DNA of 64,000 nt from Macrostomum lignano (lineage: Eukaryota), in contig NIVC01000297.1 in NCBI GenBank assembly GCA_002269645.1, forward strand, positions 248,001-312,000, given 5' to 3'. Both the position numbers and the translations under genes were made by a program. The first letter of the stretch is position 1; each line of letters opens with the position of its first letter. Positions 20,672 through 38,566 of this stretch are shown piece after piece. The notes under the pieces are model-generated. The model ran no database searches and was not told the origin of the DNA. It worked only from the letters and a program-made list of their open reading frames with translations.

Positions 20672-21609
20672 AACGGTACTTCTCAATTCACGGTTTTGAA
20701 AGGCCTTCTATTGTATTAAGTGTCTAAAACCTAAAATAATCAATTAATTGTTTACTAATGTAAATCTATTGATATGCGCACAGCAACTACTGACAACTAT
20801 TCCAGCAGTAGTATGATTAGGAATCGTTTGCGTGTCTTACAATGTATATTTGGAATTAATTTACTAGAATTAATGACATTTTCAACAACAGAAACTGCTG
20901 ATTGCTGATTTCAAGCAGTCGCTGTAAAATTATTCTATATCTGCGTGGCTTCTGTTAGTCAATCAATCACTCAATCAATCAGTTCATTAAATTCTAGTCG
21001 GACAAATATCTCCACAGTTATCGTTTTTTTTAAACGATCGAACACTTTTTATTGTTTTTATGGTAATAAATCTGTCTGTTACCTGTGTTACGAGTATTTA
21101 TTGCTGGTTACTCTAGACCCTGACCTCAGTGGCCCAATCAGCAAGTAACTATTGAGGTATATATTTATATATTATGTTTTTTCTAATTCAAATATTTTGC
21201 TTATTGTCTTGCTTGACAAGCACATGTACCAAAATATTATTGACAATGTCCTGTCTATGGTTTTTCTATAGTTTCTCTGATTAGGAATCTCAAACCTGTT
21301 TTTTATCATATTTTAAATGCTTTGTCTTCAACACAATATTTTGCTTTTGTTGTTGCAGACTGTTGCTTGACTAATCTGTTTCCTTCTTCTTTCTCTGTAT
21401 GTTGTGCTTTGCTTTTTGGTGAGTTAGCGTCTGTCGGAACTGCAACGTGCGACTTTCGATGTGCTATTTGGTCTACGCCCTCTCTCGTCTCTCTTCTCCC
21501 GTCTCTCCTCTCTCTTCTCCTCTCTCTCCTCTCTCTCCTCTCCTCTCTCTCCTCTCTCTTCTCCCCCTCTCCTCTCTCTTCTCCCCTCTCTCCTCTCTCT
21601 CCTCTTCTT

Positions 21610-22323
21610 GGCAGCCCCTCAAATGAAATGGCAGCCCCTCAAATGAAATGGCAGCCCCTCAAATGAAATGGCAGCCCCTCAAATGAAATGGCAGCCCCTC
21701 AAATGAAATGGCAGCCCCTCAAATGAAATGGCATCCCCTCAAATGAAATGGCAGCCCCTCAAATGAAATGGCAGCCCCTCAAATGAAATGGCAGCCCCTC
21801 AAATGAAATGGCAGCCTCTCAAATGAAATGGCAGCCTCTCAAATGAAATGGCAGCCTCTCAAATGAAATGGCAGCCCCTCAAATGAAATGGCAGCCCCTC
21901 AAATGAAATGGCAGCCTCTCAAATGAAATGGCAGCCTCTCAAATGAAATGGCATCCCCTCAAATGAAATGGCAGCCTCTCAAATAAAATGGCAGCCTCTC
22001 AAATGAAATGGCAGCCTCTCAAATGAAATGGCAGCCCCTCAAATAAAATGGCAGCCTCTCAAATGAAATGGCATCCCCTCAAATGAAATGGCAGCCTCTC
22101 AAATGAAATGGCAGCCTCTCAAATGAAATGGCAGCCCCTCAAATGAAATGGCAGCCTCTCAAATAAAATGGCAGCCTCTCAAATGAAATGGCAGCCTCTC
22201 AAATGAAATGGCAGCCTCTCAAATGAAATGGCAGCCTCTCAAATGAAATGGCAGCCTCTCAAATGAAATGGCAGCCTCTCAAATGAAATGGCAGCCTCTC
22301 AAATGAAATGGCAGCCCCTCAAA
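21610..22323. repeat. 20-bp minisatellite (ggcagcccctcaaatgaaat), ~35 copies
   Basis: Visible tandem array, preceded by a CT-rich tract at ~21472-21605. Confidence 0.95.
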
Positions 22324-22929
22324 CCCCCTTCCCCAAATAAAAATACTGGCTGGGTCCCTTAATCCCCCAGTCTCTTGCCCTTTACACCAGCTTCTCATAC
22401 GCGGCTAACCTTTGTTAAATGCCTATCTGCGTCATATTATATCGTATGTATGATATAATATTTTCTATTCGTTTCGCGCACTCTTTTTCTATTTTTCTAG
22501 TTGCTGCTGTTTCTACAAAATAAATGCATATATACATATATTTATAGATATATGAACCATGCCCTATCTCAGATTCGTGAGAGTCAGTCATATTTCTTAA
22601 TTTTGAGCAATATGAGCAGTTGCTATTATGTAGTTAATACAGAATTATTTAATATATTTAATCATACGGTAACAATACAATGCAACACGCTGTCAAGTTA
22701 ACATTGCCTGATTTGTACAAAGGCACTTTCTAACTCAGAAATTGCTACAGAAAAACAATTCGACTATTCTTTAGTCTTTGATCATTTTTGGGGGCTTTGC
22801 TTTTGTTGAACGACTTGAAACTCGTAGAAGCATGCTCTTGAATGCTACTGTGAGTAGGTAAGTTTAGCATATGCACTTTTTTAGTCTAATTTCTTCGTCT
22901 TTCTCCCCATGTTTCTTCCCTGCTTCTTA

Positions 22930-23310
22930 CCCCCTCTCACCCGCTTCTCCCCACATCTCAACTGCTTCTCCCCACCTCTCACTCGCTTCTCCCCACCTCT
23001 CACCCGCTTCTCCCCACCTCTCACTCGCTTCTTCCCACCTCTCACCCGCTTCTCCCCGCCTCTCACCCGCTTCTCCCCACCTCTCACTCGCTTCTCCCCA
23101 CCTCTCACCCGCTTCTCCCCGCCTCTCACCCGCTTCTCCCCGCCTCTCAACTGCTTCTCCCCACCTCTCACCCGCTTCTCCCCACCACTTCCCCCTCTGA
23201 CCCGTTTTTCCCTGGCTCTTACTTCCTTGTACCCGCCTCTTACCCGCTTCTGCCCGCCTCTTACCCGCTTCTGCCCGCCTCTTACCCGCCTCTTACCCGC
23301 TTCTCCCCCC
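22930..23310. repeat. 21-bp minisatellite (cctctcacccgcttctcccca)
   Basis: Visible tandem array. Confidence 0.9.
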
Positions 23311-25031
23311 TCCCATACGTATCTCCTAAATTGCTGCTTTCACCTGGTTGAAATTAAAAAAGTGTTTGGACACCGCATATCACTAGTAGCATTTTTCGTC
23401 TGCGTGCAAGCAGGAAAATTGTCCGAAATTCGAATGAAAAGTGCACGCGCGTACGCAAAGTCTATGCTGCTGTACTATATCGCTCCTCTATACGGCGAAT
23501 AGGTTTGAAAGTTATAATATAATTGCCTGCTTCCTACTATTCATCTTGTGCTAGCTCAACTAAATGCATGCAATGACCTTCTATCTATGAGAATTAAGAA
23601 AAAAAGTACTGATCGACAGTGTGGGTTTTTAATGGTTTTTATAGTAGCAGGAGTAGCTTATATTACGGATACAACTGGGCATATGTATCATATAACCCTT
23701 TTCTCGCAATCGCTTTTTGTATAATCTCACTATAATTAATTATAATCAATGTGAAGCTAAATTTCCCTCTAGCAACCGTTGCTGGGTGGGGGGGGGGGTT
23801 GGTGCCTCCCACGCAGCCTTAAATTTCTCCATTCCAATGCAGGCGCTAAAAACTCCAATTTCCCCTAGAGAGTATCGTAACTCATGCGGAGCTCTATCTT
23901 TATTCTATCTTTATACCCCGCTGCGCGAGAACCCAGGGGTTAAGACCATAGACTATAGCTTTGCTGCTCTCAAGCAATAGCAGCATGCAGCAGCTGGTGT
24001 CTGTGGTGTTGATGGAGGCCCACAGAGGAGCCTGAGAAGTAGTAAAGAAATTGTCTTTGACATCAATTGTAATCGTGCAGCAGGTCCTGTGTTGGCTAAA
24101 ATACCTTTAAAAAGTACAATATTGGAGGAGCTTATAGCTTTACTGCTTAGTAGGCCAACAAATAACTGTTTTATAGGTTTTTTGTCTTCCACCTTTTGAG
24201 CTGGCGGTTAACAAGGGTTGATGAGATGCAGGAGTCGCAATTAGTGAGTAAAAGGGAGATGAGTCATGACGAGAGTGGGAGCTATAACACACACCCCACA
24301 AAAACTATACTAATAATTGTCTTTCGGCTGCTAAATTATTAAACGTTTGCTTGGTTGGTTGCTGCATTCAAAATGCCTCTTCATTCACGATTCTCTGTGC
24401 ACTCCCTCTATTTATCATTCTAAAGCATTGAAAATAGAATTTTTCCCCTAAAAGTTACTATTTTACACTGACGCCCACACAAATATATATAGAAAGGCTT
24501 ATTAAACTTGCGCTTGCGCTTGTTGCTTTCCGTAAAGTCCGCTAAGCTAAAGCTACATGCGTATATAGTCTATAGAGAAGTATGCAAGTTAATCGCGGCA
24601 TTGGCTGAAACAAAAGTTCACTTCTTATTCCACCGACCAATCCCGCTTTCTATCTTTCCTTGAGCGAGCCTGCCGTGTAGGCTCCACGGGAGGGTAAGGC
24701 TTGGCTAATCTACATTCATTTTACAATATAAGCCTACCCTCCTGGAATTCATTCCTTGTTTAATACCTCTGTCCCGCTACCGAACCCAACTTGATTCTTT
24801 CTCCACTCTCTACACTCCCTGTCCCTCCACCCACCCGCCACTAGGCGTGCCCCGCAAGATTTTGGTTGGCCAGCTCTTACCCCCAACCCACCACCCCTCT
24901 GCCCGAGCGCGCGCGCGTGGAAGTAAGTGTACATTTCAAGTGAAATCGTGACGCTGGAGCGGGTCTTCGCGTTCTATTTTTAGAACTTAGCGTCCATTGG
25001 CCCGATAGTGGAGTCCGTTCGGATTGGATTG

Positions 25032-25041
25032 CCATATATGG
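25032..25041 (+). promoter_or_regulatory. CArG box / serum response element upstream of the EGR gene
   Basis: ccatatatgg is a perfect CC(A/T)6GG about 220 bp upstream of the ATG, with CCAAT boxes and a TGACG half-CRE nearby. Confidence 0.55.
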
Positions 25042-25253
25042 AAGCACGGCGCTCATTCATAAACTTTAACACAAGCTTGCTTAGAAAGCGGAATAAGCCA
25101 CGAGGAATTATAGTCATAGAGAAAAATATTTGCCTCTCTTCCTCCCAACCCAACTATAGCGGACACTGAGGTAACCTAATAAGTTTGCTCTGATCAATTT
25201 TCTTGCTTAATCCATTAGCATCGAGGCAAGATTTACGTTCGACAACCGGCTTT

Positions 25254-28765
<3,512 letters not shown>

Positions 28766-28804
28766 GGCTTGGGATAAAAATCCTATTGGGATTCCAAAAT
28801 TTGG

Positions 28805-29480
28805 AGATCTGGGATTTGGGATTGGGGATCTGATATTGGGAATCTGAGATTGGGGATCTGAGATTGGGAATCTGAGATTGGGAATCTGAGATTGGGAATC
28901 TGAGATTGGGAATCTGAGATTGGGGATCTGAGATTGGGGATCTGAGATTGGGAATCTGAGATTGGGAATCTGAGATTGGGAATCTGAGATTGGGGATCTG
29001 AGATTGGGAATCTGAGATTGGGAATCTGAGATTGGGAATCTGAGATTGGGAATCTGAGATTGGGGATCTGAGATTGGAAATCTGAGATTGGGGATCCGAT
29101 ATTGGGGATCTGATATTGGGGATCTGATATTGGGGATCTGAGATTGGGGATCTGAGATTGGGGATCTGAGATTGGGGATCTGAGATTGGGGATCTGAGAT
29201 TGGGAATCTGAGATTGGGAATCTGAGATTGGGGATCTGAGATTGGGAATCTGAGATTGGGGATCTGAGATTGGGAATCTGAGATTGGGGATCCGATATTG
29301 GGGATCTGAGATTGGGAATCTGAGATAAGAAATCTGAGAGTGGGGATCTGAGATTGGGGATCTGAGATTGGGGATCTGATATTGGGGATCTGATATTGGG
29401 GATCTGAGATTGGGGATCTGAGATTGGGGATCTGAGATTGGGGATCTGAGATTGGGGATCTGAGATTGGGGATCTGAGAT
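28805..29480. repeat. 14-bp minisatellite (ctgagattggg(g/a)at)
   Basis: Visible tandem array starting ~40 bp after the EGR stop. Confidence 0.95.
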
Positions 29481-29864
29481 AAACTATCCGAGATCATAGC
29501 TATTCTGTTAATTAAACTCTAAGATGGGTCATTTTCTCACTGTTGCAAAATCCTGTGTCTGTGAATGAAATAACAAAATTTGTTTACATGCTTTCAAACT
29601 TGTTGCCAGCTTAAATGACAACTTTATCGCATGCCAAAGTTCTATTTTCGTGCTATTTAGATAGGCTATTGGTTGAGTTCGTTACTGCTCATGTGAATTA
29701 TTATTGTCTGCGATTATTTATTGTTTAAATTCTGTTATTTTGAACTTGTTTTAACGATTTATTTTATATGGATTTTTAATTTTCAGCGATAGTAAATGCT
29801 CTACTCGGGCTGCAAACAGGTCACAGTACTGTCTGTTTTGACTGTTGAGCTGTAAGAGTGTGTC

Positions 29865-30300
29865 ACTGGATCGGAAAGTGTGACATCTATTAGATCTAAA
29901 AGTGTGTCACTAGATCAGAAAGTGTGACATCTATTAGATCTACAAGAGAGTCACTAGATCGGAAAGTGTGACATCTATTAGATCTACAAGAGAGTCACTA
30001 GATCGGAAAGTGTGACATCTATTAGATCTACAAGAGAGTCACTAGATCGGAAGGTGTGACATCTATTAGATATACAAGAGAGTCACTAGATCGGAAGGTG
30101 TGACATCTATTAGATCTACAAGAGTCACTAGATCGGAAGGTGTGACATCTATTAGATCTACAAGAGAGTCACTAGATCGGAAGGTGTGACATCTATTAGA
30201 TCTACAAGAGTCACTAGATCGGAAAGTGTGACATCTATTAGATCTAAAAGAGAGTCACTAGATCGGAAAGTGTGGGGTGAGACATCTACTAGATCTGTAA
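29865..30300. repeat. ~44-bp minisatellite (gagagtcactagatcggaaagtgtgacatctattagatctacaa)
   Basis: Visible tandem array. Confidence 0.9.
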
Positions 30301-30942
30301 GAGTGTCAGCAGTGCCATATTAAGATTTGTATCCCTCAGCTTGAATCCAAACATTCCCATTCGCTTACTTCCCTTCAGAATTCATAATTCATTTCGTTTT
30401 AATATTCTAACAACCTTAACACAATGCGAATTGTTTTATTTTCATTTCAAATTTCCAATCGAGTTTGTTAAAAATTTTTAGGATTAGATTTGGCATATTT
30501 TGATCTCTATCTAATTTGAATAACTAACTCAACTTAGGTGACACTTCGGTTAAATAATTTGAAAATATAACGCGATCTCATTCCAATTTGGTATGTTTGC
30601 ACCATCCAACCCTTCTCAAATATTTATTGTGCAGAGATTATCTCTTCGACTTGATGTAAATATTATGCTTGTGCGGCCGTCATGTTTGACAATCATGCTT
30701 AATTAACTAAATTTACAATTTGGCCTTTTATCAGTTCCAAATCGTTATCAGATATGACGCACATGGCAAACGCGTGCAGCTCAACGAGACCGAAATTTTA
30801 TCAGCACAGATCAGTGGAATTATTAGGAAAAGCTATGCAATCTACTTCAAGTAAGAAATATTGAGTTTGCACAAAACTATTGTGTTTTTTTGTTGTCATA
30901 ACAATACACGCAGCTGTTTGTACTGCGTTGCTGATGACCGGG

Positions 30943-31135
30943 GTAGCCTGGAGAGGCTGTGGGGTAGCCTGGGGAGGCTGTGGGGTAGCCTGGAGAGGCT
31001 GTGGGGTAGCCTGGGGAGGCTGTGGGGTAGCCTGGAGAGGCTGTGGGGTAGCCTGGGGAGGCTGTGGGGTAGCCTGGGGAGGCTTGGGGTAGCCTGGGGA
31101 GGCTGTGGGGTAGCCTGGGGATGCTTGGGGTAGCC
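30943..31135. repeat. 21-bp minisatellite (ggggtagcctggggaggctgt)
   Basis: Visible tandem array. Confidence 0.9.
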
Positions 31136-31369
31136 GTTAATTGCACGAGCAGAGCCAAGCCGAGATTCCAATTTAGCCCCGAATCAGTGTGACTGCACTT
31201 GGAATCGAGCCTGGGCCGCTGGCACACCAAAGATCACTGGGCTATATGTACGCTAGATACATATTGATATCTTTAAAAATTTATGGAAGGATGGATTGAT
31301 GCATTGATAGACTGAGGGATTGATGATTTGATGGATTGATGTCTGTAAGTGCCCAGCTACAGATGTTGA

Positions 31370-31685
31370 TACACACAGCTGGTCTGCAAGGGCTAGATAC
31401 AGACACACACAGCCAGTCTGCAAGGGCTAGATACAGACACACACAGCCAGTCTGCAAGGGCTAGATACAGACACACACAGCTGGTCTGCAAGGGCTAGAT
31501 ACAGACACACACAGCTAGTCTGCAAGGGCTAGATACAGGCACACACAGCCAGTCTGCAAGGGCTAGATACAGACACACACAGCTGGTCTGCAAGGGCTAG
31601 ATACAGACACACACAGCTAGTCTGCAAGGGCTAGATACAGGCACACACAGCCAGTCTGCAAGGGCTAGATACAGACACACACACT
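31370..31685. repeat. 34-bp minisatellite (ctgcaagggctagatacagacacacacagccagt)
   Basis: Visible tandem array. Confidence 0.9.
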
Positions 31686-32279
31686 GGACGAAGGGAAGAG
31701 AGAATGAAGGCAAGGTTATGGAGAATAAGGATGCGAATCCGTCCCATCTCGATTCCGGACTTTCAGTTTGACTGACATCCCGGACTCTGAGCTGCAGGGA
31801 GTGGGAGGTTTAGGGCAGGGGGGGCGAGGAGGCACCCCAGGGGGCATCGTGAGAGTTGCAGCCAATCCATTCCGTGCTGCACTCTATCAGCTGTCCATGG
31901 AGGAGACTGAGATGAGGCGGGAAAGGGGGGTTGATGGTGGCTGCGGCAATTTTTTAAGCCCAGCGCGCCCGAGAGAGGTCGCGCACACCAGTTTAGGGGC
32001 CTCCTCGCACAGTAGAGAATTTCCTGAATATCGATTTGTTAAAATTGAGCAACTAGCTGTTTCTATTCTAAGTTGTTCACGTGTATACAAATTAGAACAC
32101 CTGGGACAATTTTTTGTCGCTAATTTTTTTCGATTTTTTAAAGCGGCATGAACTGCAAGTGATGGGTGAGTTTCGGAGGGCTGGGTCGGGTTCGAATTTT
32201 GCTGTGAAGAGAGGGACACTAGGGGCTGAGGGTGGGGTGGATGGACTGGTGATAAATGTAGCTAGGGGGAGGGAGACGG

Positions 32280-32610
32280 GAGAGAGAGGTAGACATGGGG
32301 AGAGAGAGGGGTAGGTACACAGAGAAAGAGAGGTAGACAGGGGGAGAGAGAGGGGTAGGTACACAGAGGAAGAGAGGTAGACAGGGGGAGAGAGAGAGGG
32401 GTAGGTACACAGAGGAAGAGAGGTAGACAGGGGGAGAGAGAGGGGTAGGTACACAGAGGAAGAGAGGTAGACAGGGGGAGAGAGAGGGGTAGGTACACAG
32501 AAGAAGAGAGGTAGACAGGGGAGAGAGAGGGGTAGGTACACAGAAGAAGAGAGGTAGACAGGGGGAGAGAGAGGGGTAGGTACACAGAGGAAGAGAGGTA
32601 GACAGGGGAG
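32280..32610. repeat. ~44-bp purine-rich minisatellite
   Basis: Visible tandem array (gagaggggtaggtacacagaggaagagaggtagacagggg). Confidence 0.85.
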
Positions 32611-33049
32611 AGGGAAGGCAGTAGACAGAGGATAAATTGAAGTAGACAGAAGAGACAGACAGGGTAGAGAGGAAGGTATGGCAAGGCAAATTAATAATGC
32701 CTCATGCATTGATACGCATCAATGTCAATGTCAATACGCTGGTACAATATCTAATGACTGTTGCCAACAGAAATGAATAGGCTCGATAAAATGAGACACA
32801 GAGAGCTCTGCTAAGATAGAGCTACAGTCGGTTCACACAGTGCGACCTAACAGATAAGGCTTATTTCCACTTTTTTTCATTTTGCATCTCTATACCTCTC
32901 TTCTTATTCAAGCGTTCATTTGCTTGTCTCTTTAGATAACGTTCAGGTCAAGGAGATCTAGGTGAAAAGCTGCCATCTAGATGGATAGCTCTCCTTCTTT
33001 GAGAGATTTCTCAAAATATATATATTGTACTTTGAGACCGTTTTATTAG

Positions 33050-34470
33050 ACGGTTTGAAACAGTTTGAAATGGTTTGAGATGGTCTGAGATGGTTTGAGA
33101 CGGTTTGAGATGGTTTGAGATGGTCTGAGATGGTTTCAGATGGTCTGATGATGGTCTGAGATGGTTTGAAATGCTCTGAGATGGTTTGAGATGGTTTGAG
33201 ATGGTCTGAGATGGTTTGAGATGGTTTGAGATGGTTTGAAACAGTTTGAAATGGTTTGAGATGGTCTGAGATGGTCTGAGATGGTTTGAAATGCTCTGAG
33301 ATGGTTTGAGATGGTTTGAAATGCTCTGAGATGGTTTGAGATGGTCTGAGATGGTCTGAGATGGTTTGAGATGGTTTGAGATGGTTTGAGATGGTCTGAG
33401 ATGGTTTGAAACAGTTTGAAATGGTTTGAGATGGTCTGAGATGGTTTGAGACGGTTTCAGATGGTTTGAGATGGTCTGAGATGGTCTGAGATGGTCTGAG
33501 ATGGTCTGAGATGGTTTGAGATGGTTTGAGATGGTTTGAGATGGTCTGAGATGGTTTGAAACAGTTTGAAATGGTTTGAGATGGTCTGAGATGGTTTGAG
33601 ACGGTTTCAGATGGTTTGAGATGGTCTGAGATGGTTTCAGATGGTCTGATGATGGTCTGAGATGGTTTGAAATGCTCTGAGATGGTTTGAGATGGTTTGA
33701 GATGGTCTGATGGTCTGATGATGGTCTGAGATGGTTTGAAATGCTCTGAGATGGTTTCTGATGGTCTGAGATGGTTTGAAATGCTCTGAGATGGTTTGAG
33801 ATGGTTTGAGATGGTTTGAGATGGTCTGAGATGGTCTGAAATGGTCTGAGATGGTCTGAAATGGTCTGAGATGGTTTGAGACGGTTTGAGATGGTTTGAG
33901 ATGGTCTGAGATGGTCTTTGATTGTTTGAGATGGTTTGAGATGGTTTGAGATGGTCTTTGATGGTTTGAGATGGTCTGAGATGGTCTGAGATGATCTGAG
34001 ATGGTTTGAGATGGTCTGAGATGGTCTGAGATGGTCTGAGATGGTTTGAGACGGTTTGAGATGGTCTTTGATTGTTTGGGATGGTTTGAGATGGTTTGAG
34101 ATGGTCTGAGATGGTCATTGATTGTTTGAGATGGTTTGAGATGGTTTGAGATGGTTTGAGATGGTTTGAGATGGTCTGAGGTGGTCTTTGATTGTTTGAG
34201 ATGGTTTGAGATGGTTTGAGATGGTTTGAGATGGTCTGAGGTGGTCTTTGATTGTTTGAGATGGTTTGAGATGGTCTGAGATGGCTTGAGATGGTTTGAG
34301 ACGCTTGAGACACTTTGCGACAGTTTGAGATGGTTTAAGACGCTGTGAGATGGTTTAAGACGCTGTGAGATGGTTTGAGACAGTTTGAGACACGTTGAGA
34401 CATCTTGAGATGGTTTGAGACTCTGTGAGACACTTTGAGACAGTTTGAGATGATTTGAGACGGTTTGAGA
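33050..34470. repeat. 10-bp satellite (atggt(t/c)tgag), ~1.4 kb
   Basis: Visible tandem array; source of the spurious 451-aa ORF. Confidence 0.95.
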
Positions 34471-35299
34471 TGCCTCACAGCTGGCAGTTGCATTCCAGAT
34501 ATCAGATCTTATCCTTTCCCAGAAAAGTCTGCACTGGCTAGCAATTATTATATAAAATTGTCTACTTAAGATTCTCCGGCTGTATCTTTGCCCCCGAGTG
34601 TCTCAATGGATTCGAGAGTGCAGCAGCTGAGGCCGGGTGCTCTGTAATAACACCGTACTATGTGCAGCGAGCATGAGCAGCCTGATCAGACACAAAAAGC
34701 GTCGCTAAAAGACAGAGAAAAAGAGAAAGACAGTTTCTGCAAGCAGAAACAATGTGTAGAATCGCGGCCGCAGCTTCTCTATTGACAGTCGGACACTTCA
34801 TCTCTTTCTGCTGGCCTGTTTCTTCTCTTCTCTGCCTCTCTACCCTCCTGTCTCCATCTGCCTCTCAACATTCTATACGATTATAGCCGATCTTTTTGTC
34901 CACAAAAAAGCTTGGCCGGCCGTTAAGTTGAAAAAGCGCAGCAGCTGAGTAGTGCATGATTCAGTTCTTCTTAACTCGGTGGCTGGAAGATTAGTGAGCA
35001 CGCACACACATGTTCAGCGTAGTTTAAGCATGAGCACAAGCTCAGCTAGTGAGCTTGGGTAAGGTCAAGCCCAGTATATCACAAATTGTAACATTTAACG
35101 ACCTACATATTGATCAATACACAGTTTTTTACATTTCCCCTTTCTTAGAAAGACTGACGGGGCTGTCGAGGCACGACAGCCCCCTCTGGACTTGCACGGA
35201 GGCAGTCAGGAGTTCGAGCCTCCAACTACTCACCTCTTGACTGGCATACCGGAGGAACGGCCTAGCGGGAAGAAAAGGTAAGACAGTAAAGTAGGTTTG

Positions 35300-36235
35300 A
35301 GTGACTGCAATGACTGAGAGTGACTGCAGGTGACTGAGAGTGACTGCAGGAGAATGCAGGTGACTGTAGGTGACTGAGAGTGACTGAAGATGACTAAGAG
35401 TGACTGTAGGTGACTGAGAGTGACTGTAGGTGACTGAGAGTGACTTTAGGTGATTAAGAGTGACTGAAGATGACTAAGAGTGACTGTAGGTGACTGAGAG
35501 TGACTGTAGGTGACTGAGAGTGACTGTAGGTGACTAAGAGTGACTGTAGGTGACTAAGAGTGACTGTAGGTGACTGTAGGTGACTGTAGGTGACTAAGAG
35601 TGACTGTAGGTGACTAAGAGTGACTGTAGGTGACTGTAGGTGACTAAGAGTGACTGAAGATGACTAAGAGTGACCGTAGGTGACTGAGAGTGACTGTAGG
35701 TGACTAAGAGTGACTGAAGATGACTAAGAGTGACTGTAGGTGACAGAGAGTGACTGTAGGTGACTAAGAGTGACTGTAGGTGACTAAGAGTGACTCTAGG
35801 TGACTAAGAGTGACTGAAGGTGACTAAGAGTGACTGTAGGTGACTAAGAGTGACTGTAGGTGACTAAGAGTGACTGTAGGTGACTAAGAGTGACTGTAGG
35901 TGACTGTAGGTGACTGTAAGTGACTAAGAGTGACTGTAGGTGACTGAGAGTGACTGCAGGTGACTAAGAGGGACTGTAGGTGACTAAGAGGGACTGTAGG
36001 TGACTAAGAGTGACTGTGACTGACTAGGAGGGACTAGGAGTGGCTGGGAGTGACTGAGAGTGACCGGGAGTGACTGGGAGTGACTGAGAGTGACCAGGAG
36101 TGACTGGGAGTGGCTGGGAGTGACTAGGAGTGGCTTGGAGTGACTGAGAGTGACCGGGAGTGACTGGGAGTGACTGGGAGTGACTGGGAGTGACTCGGAG
36201 TGACTCGGAGTGACTGGGAGTGACTGGGAGTGACT
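35300..36235. repeat. 10-bp GTGACT-core satellite
   Basis: Visible tandem array of gtgactgtag / gtgactaaga / gtgactggga units. Confidence 0.95.
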
Positions 36236-37559
36236 GGCACTGGAGTGCAAGTTCATATAACGGCCCCCAGACCCAACCAGACACCAATGCAGCTCAGATG
36301 GAAGCATTTGGGAATTTCATTGCTTCCAGGGGAGAGGAGGTGAGGGGACGGCAGTGGAAGGGGTAATGGAAAAGATCGAATTATAAAGCCGCGGCCAGTT
36401 TGAGAAGAAATATCCCAGCAGTTCTTCATCCCCCCCCCAGAATCCAGAGCTCGCAGCCTCTCTGCCCTTCTCCATCGCATGCTCGACCCACCCGTCTCTC
36501 TCGCAAGCTCTCTTCTTTCGAAAATTCCTAATTTATCGCTCTCATTTTTGTGCTCGCGAGAATTACGCCGGTTTAGCCCCGTGCATGGCTTTTAATTGCT
36601 GCCCAGCAACCAGACTGGGTTAGCTCTGGGAGATGGGATGGAGAAAGGAGAAATCATAATTTTGCTATCCCGCAAAGGCACCAGCGGGAGCTGCTCGGAG
36701 TATCAAGACAATAAAATGCTGCCCACCATCACCGAACTTTCAGCCGTATGCATGACCCCTATTGCACTCTGCGTTCTGTTCTCTCAGTGCTCTTTTAAGT
36801 TGAGTAGGGGGCCTATTCTATCTCCTATTTTCTATCCCCTATCCTCTTTTATCTTCCCCTACTCTCTATCATCTATCCCTCATCTCCTATCTCCCATCCC
36901 TTATCCCCTAATCATCTATCCCCATCCTTTATCCCCTATCTTTTATCCCCATCCTTTAAGCTGCCCTATCCCTTAACCCCTATCCCCTATCCCATCCCCA
37001 ACCCCATCCTCTATCCCATTCTCCATCCCATCCTCTATCCCACCCTCCATCCCATCCTCTATCCCATTCTCCATCCCATCCTCTATCCCAACCTCCATCC
37101 CATCCTCTATCCCCTTGCCCGCAAAGTCCATCTTCACTGACCACTACAATCGCAATATAGCAGCAAGTACAGCCAAAGATAATCGATCGGAAACGCAATT
37201 CAGCTAAACAAATTACATGTAAACCAGCTGAATGCGTGGGCCGGACACTGCAGCACTTGTTCTGCACGCAATGGACGACAACTGCTCATTATAGCCGTTT
37301 AGCTAATAAATATTAACGAAGTCAATTGTGCAGCTGGGGAGCAGGGAAGGTAGGCTTGAGATGACGGCAACCAAGGGGAGGCTGCTTGAAGGACAGACTG
37401 CGGTGACTGAGACAAGCCAGAGGTGGAGCAGATTGTACTCTTACAACAATAGGACTGGGTGTAGTGAGGCTGGCTGCTCACATAAAAGCTCTTTCATTTA
37501 CTACTGCTTGATGAGAGCGTGTACTGTTGGCTATGGAGCTGTACCTCTAGCTGGTAATA

Positions 37560-37577
37560 AATAGATAGATGATAGTC

Positions 37578-37608
<31 letters not shown>

Positions 37609-37609
37609 A

Positions 37610-37643
<34 letters not shown>

Positions 37644-37730
37644 GATAGATAGATAGATAGATAGATAGATTATAGATAGATAGATAGATAGATAGATAGA
37701 TTGATAGATAGATAGATAGATAGATAGATT

Positions 37731-37772
<42 letters not shown>

Positions 37773-37803
37773 TATAGATAGATAGATAGATAGATAGATA
37801 GAT

Positions 37804-37834
<31 letters not shown>

Positions 37835-37950
37835 TATAGATAGATAAATAGATAGATAGATAGATAGATGGATAGATAGATTATAGATAGATAGATAGAT
37901 AGATAGATGATAGATAGATAAACAGACAGACAGACAGACAGACAGACAGC
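37560..37950. repeat. (GATA)n / (GACA)n microsatellite
   Basis: Visible. Confidence 0.95.
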
Positions 37951-38566
37951 CAGGCACAGACGGCAGCCATCGCTACCCGATTGCAGCTGGATTTCAGAAT
38001 GCTTAAAATGGCTTTCATCTCGCTAATTAACTGCGAACTGACATCCCTCGCTAGTCAGACGCAGCGTCGCTGTAGGGGGGGGGGTTGCTCAGCAAAGCGG
38101 AACAGCAGCTCAGGAAACAGCAATCCGCATCCTCCGCCACACCTCACCAATTCTCTTCCTTCTCTATATTACCTGAGAGAGCTTGCCAAGCTCAGGCCAA
38201 TGCAGCACCGACAGCCAGATCGGCGCTGATTGGCCCGACCGCGTGCACTGGTGGCAAAGCGGGTGGGATTTTCGCTTGGATAGGCTGCGCAACCCCCTGC
38301 CCTTGTTGCTTGCGGCATCAGCCGAGGTGCGCCAGGAGCATGAGGGAGAGGAGAGAACAGAGCGATGATGGGTTAGGAGGAAATTAGAAAGACTAAAAGC
38401 CGCTCCTCCCAGAGCTTACCTATAGCTTGTAGACCTCTCTCGCCCCTCCCCTCCCCTGCCGAGTGAATGAATGAAATGAAGGATCCGCGAGCGTCGCTGC
38501 TGGCAGTCTCAGGTATACTCAGAGAGAGCACCGCCGAAGCATGCTGGCCTCGAACCAGCCACCCTA

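Noticed and set aside
32958-34313. 451-aa ORF of SQTISNHLKP repeats
   Set aside because: Translation of a 10-bp satellite; the period is not a multiple of three and there is no coding context.
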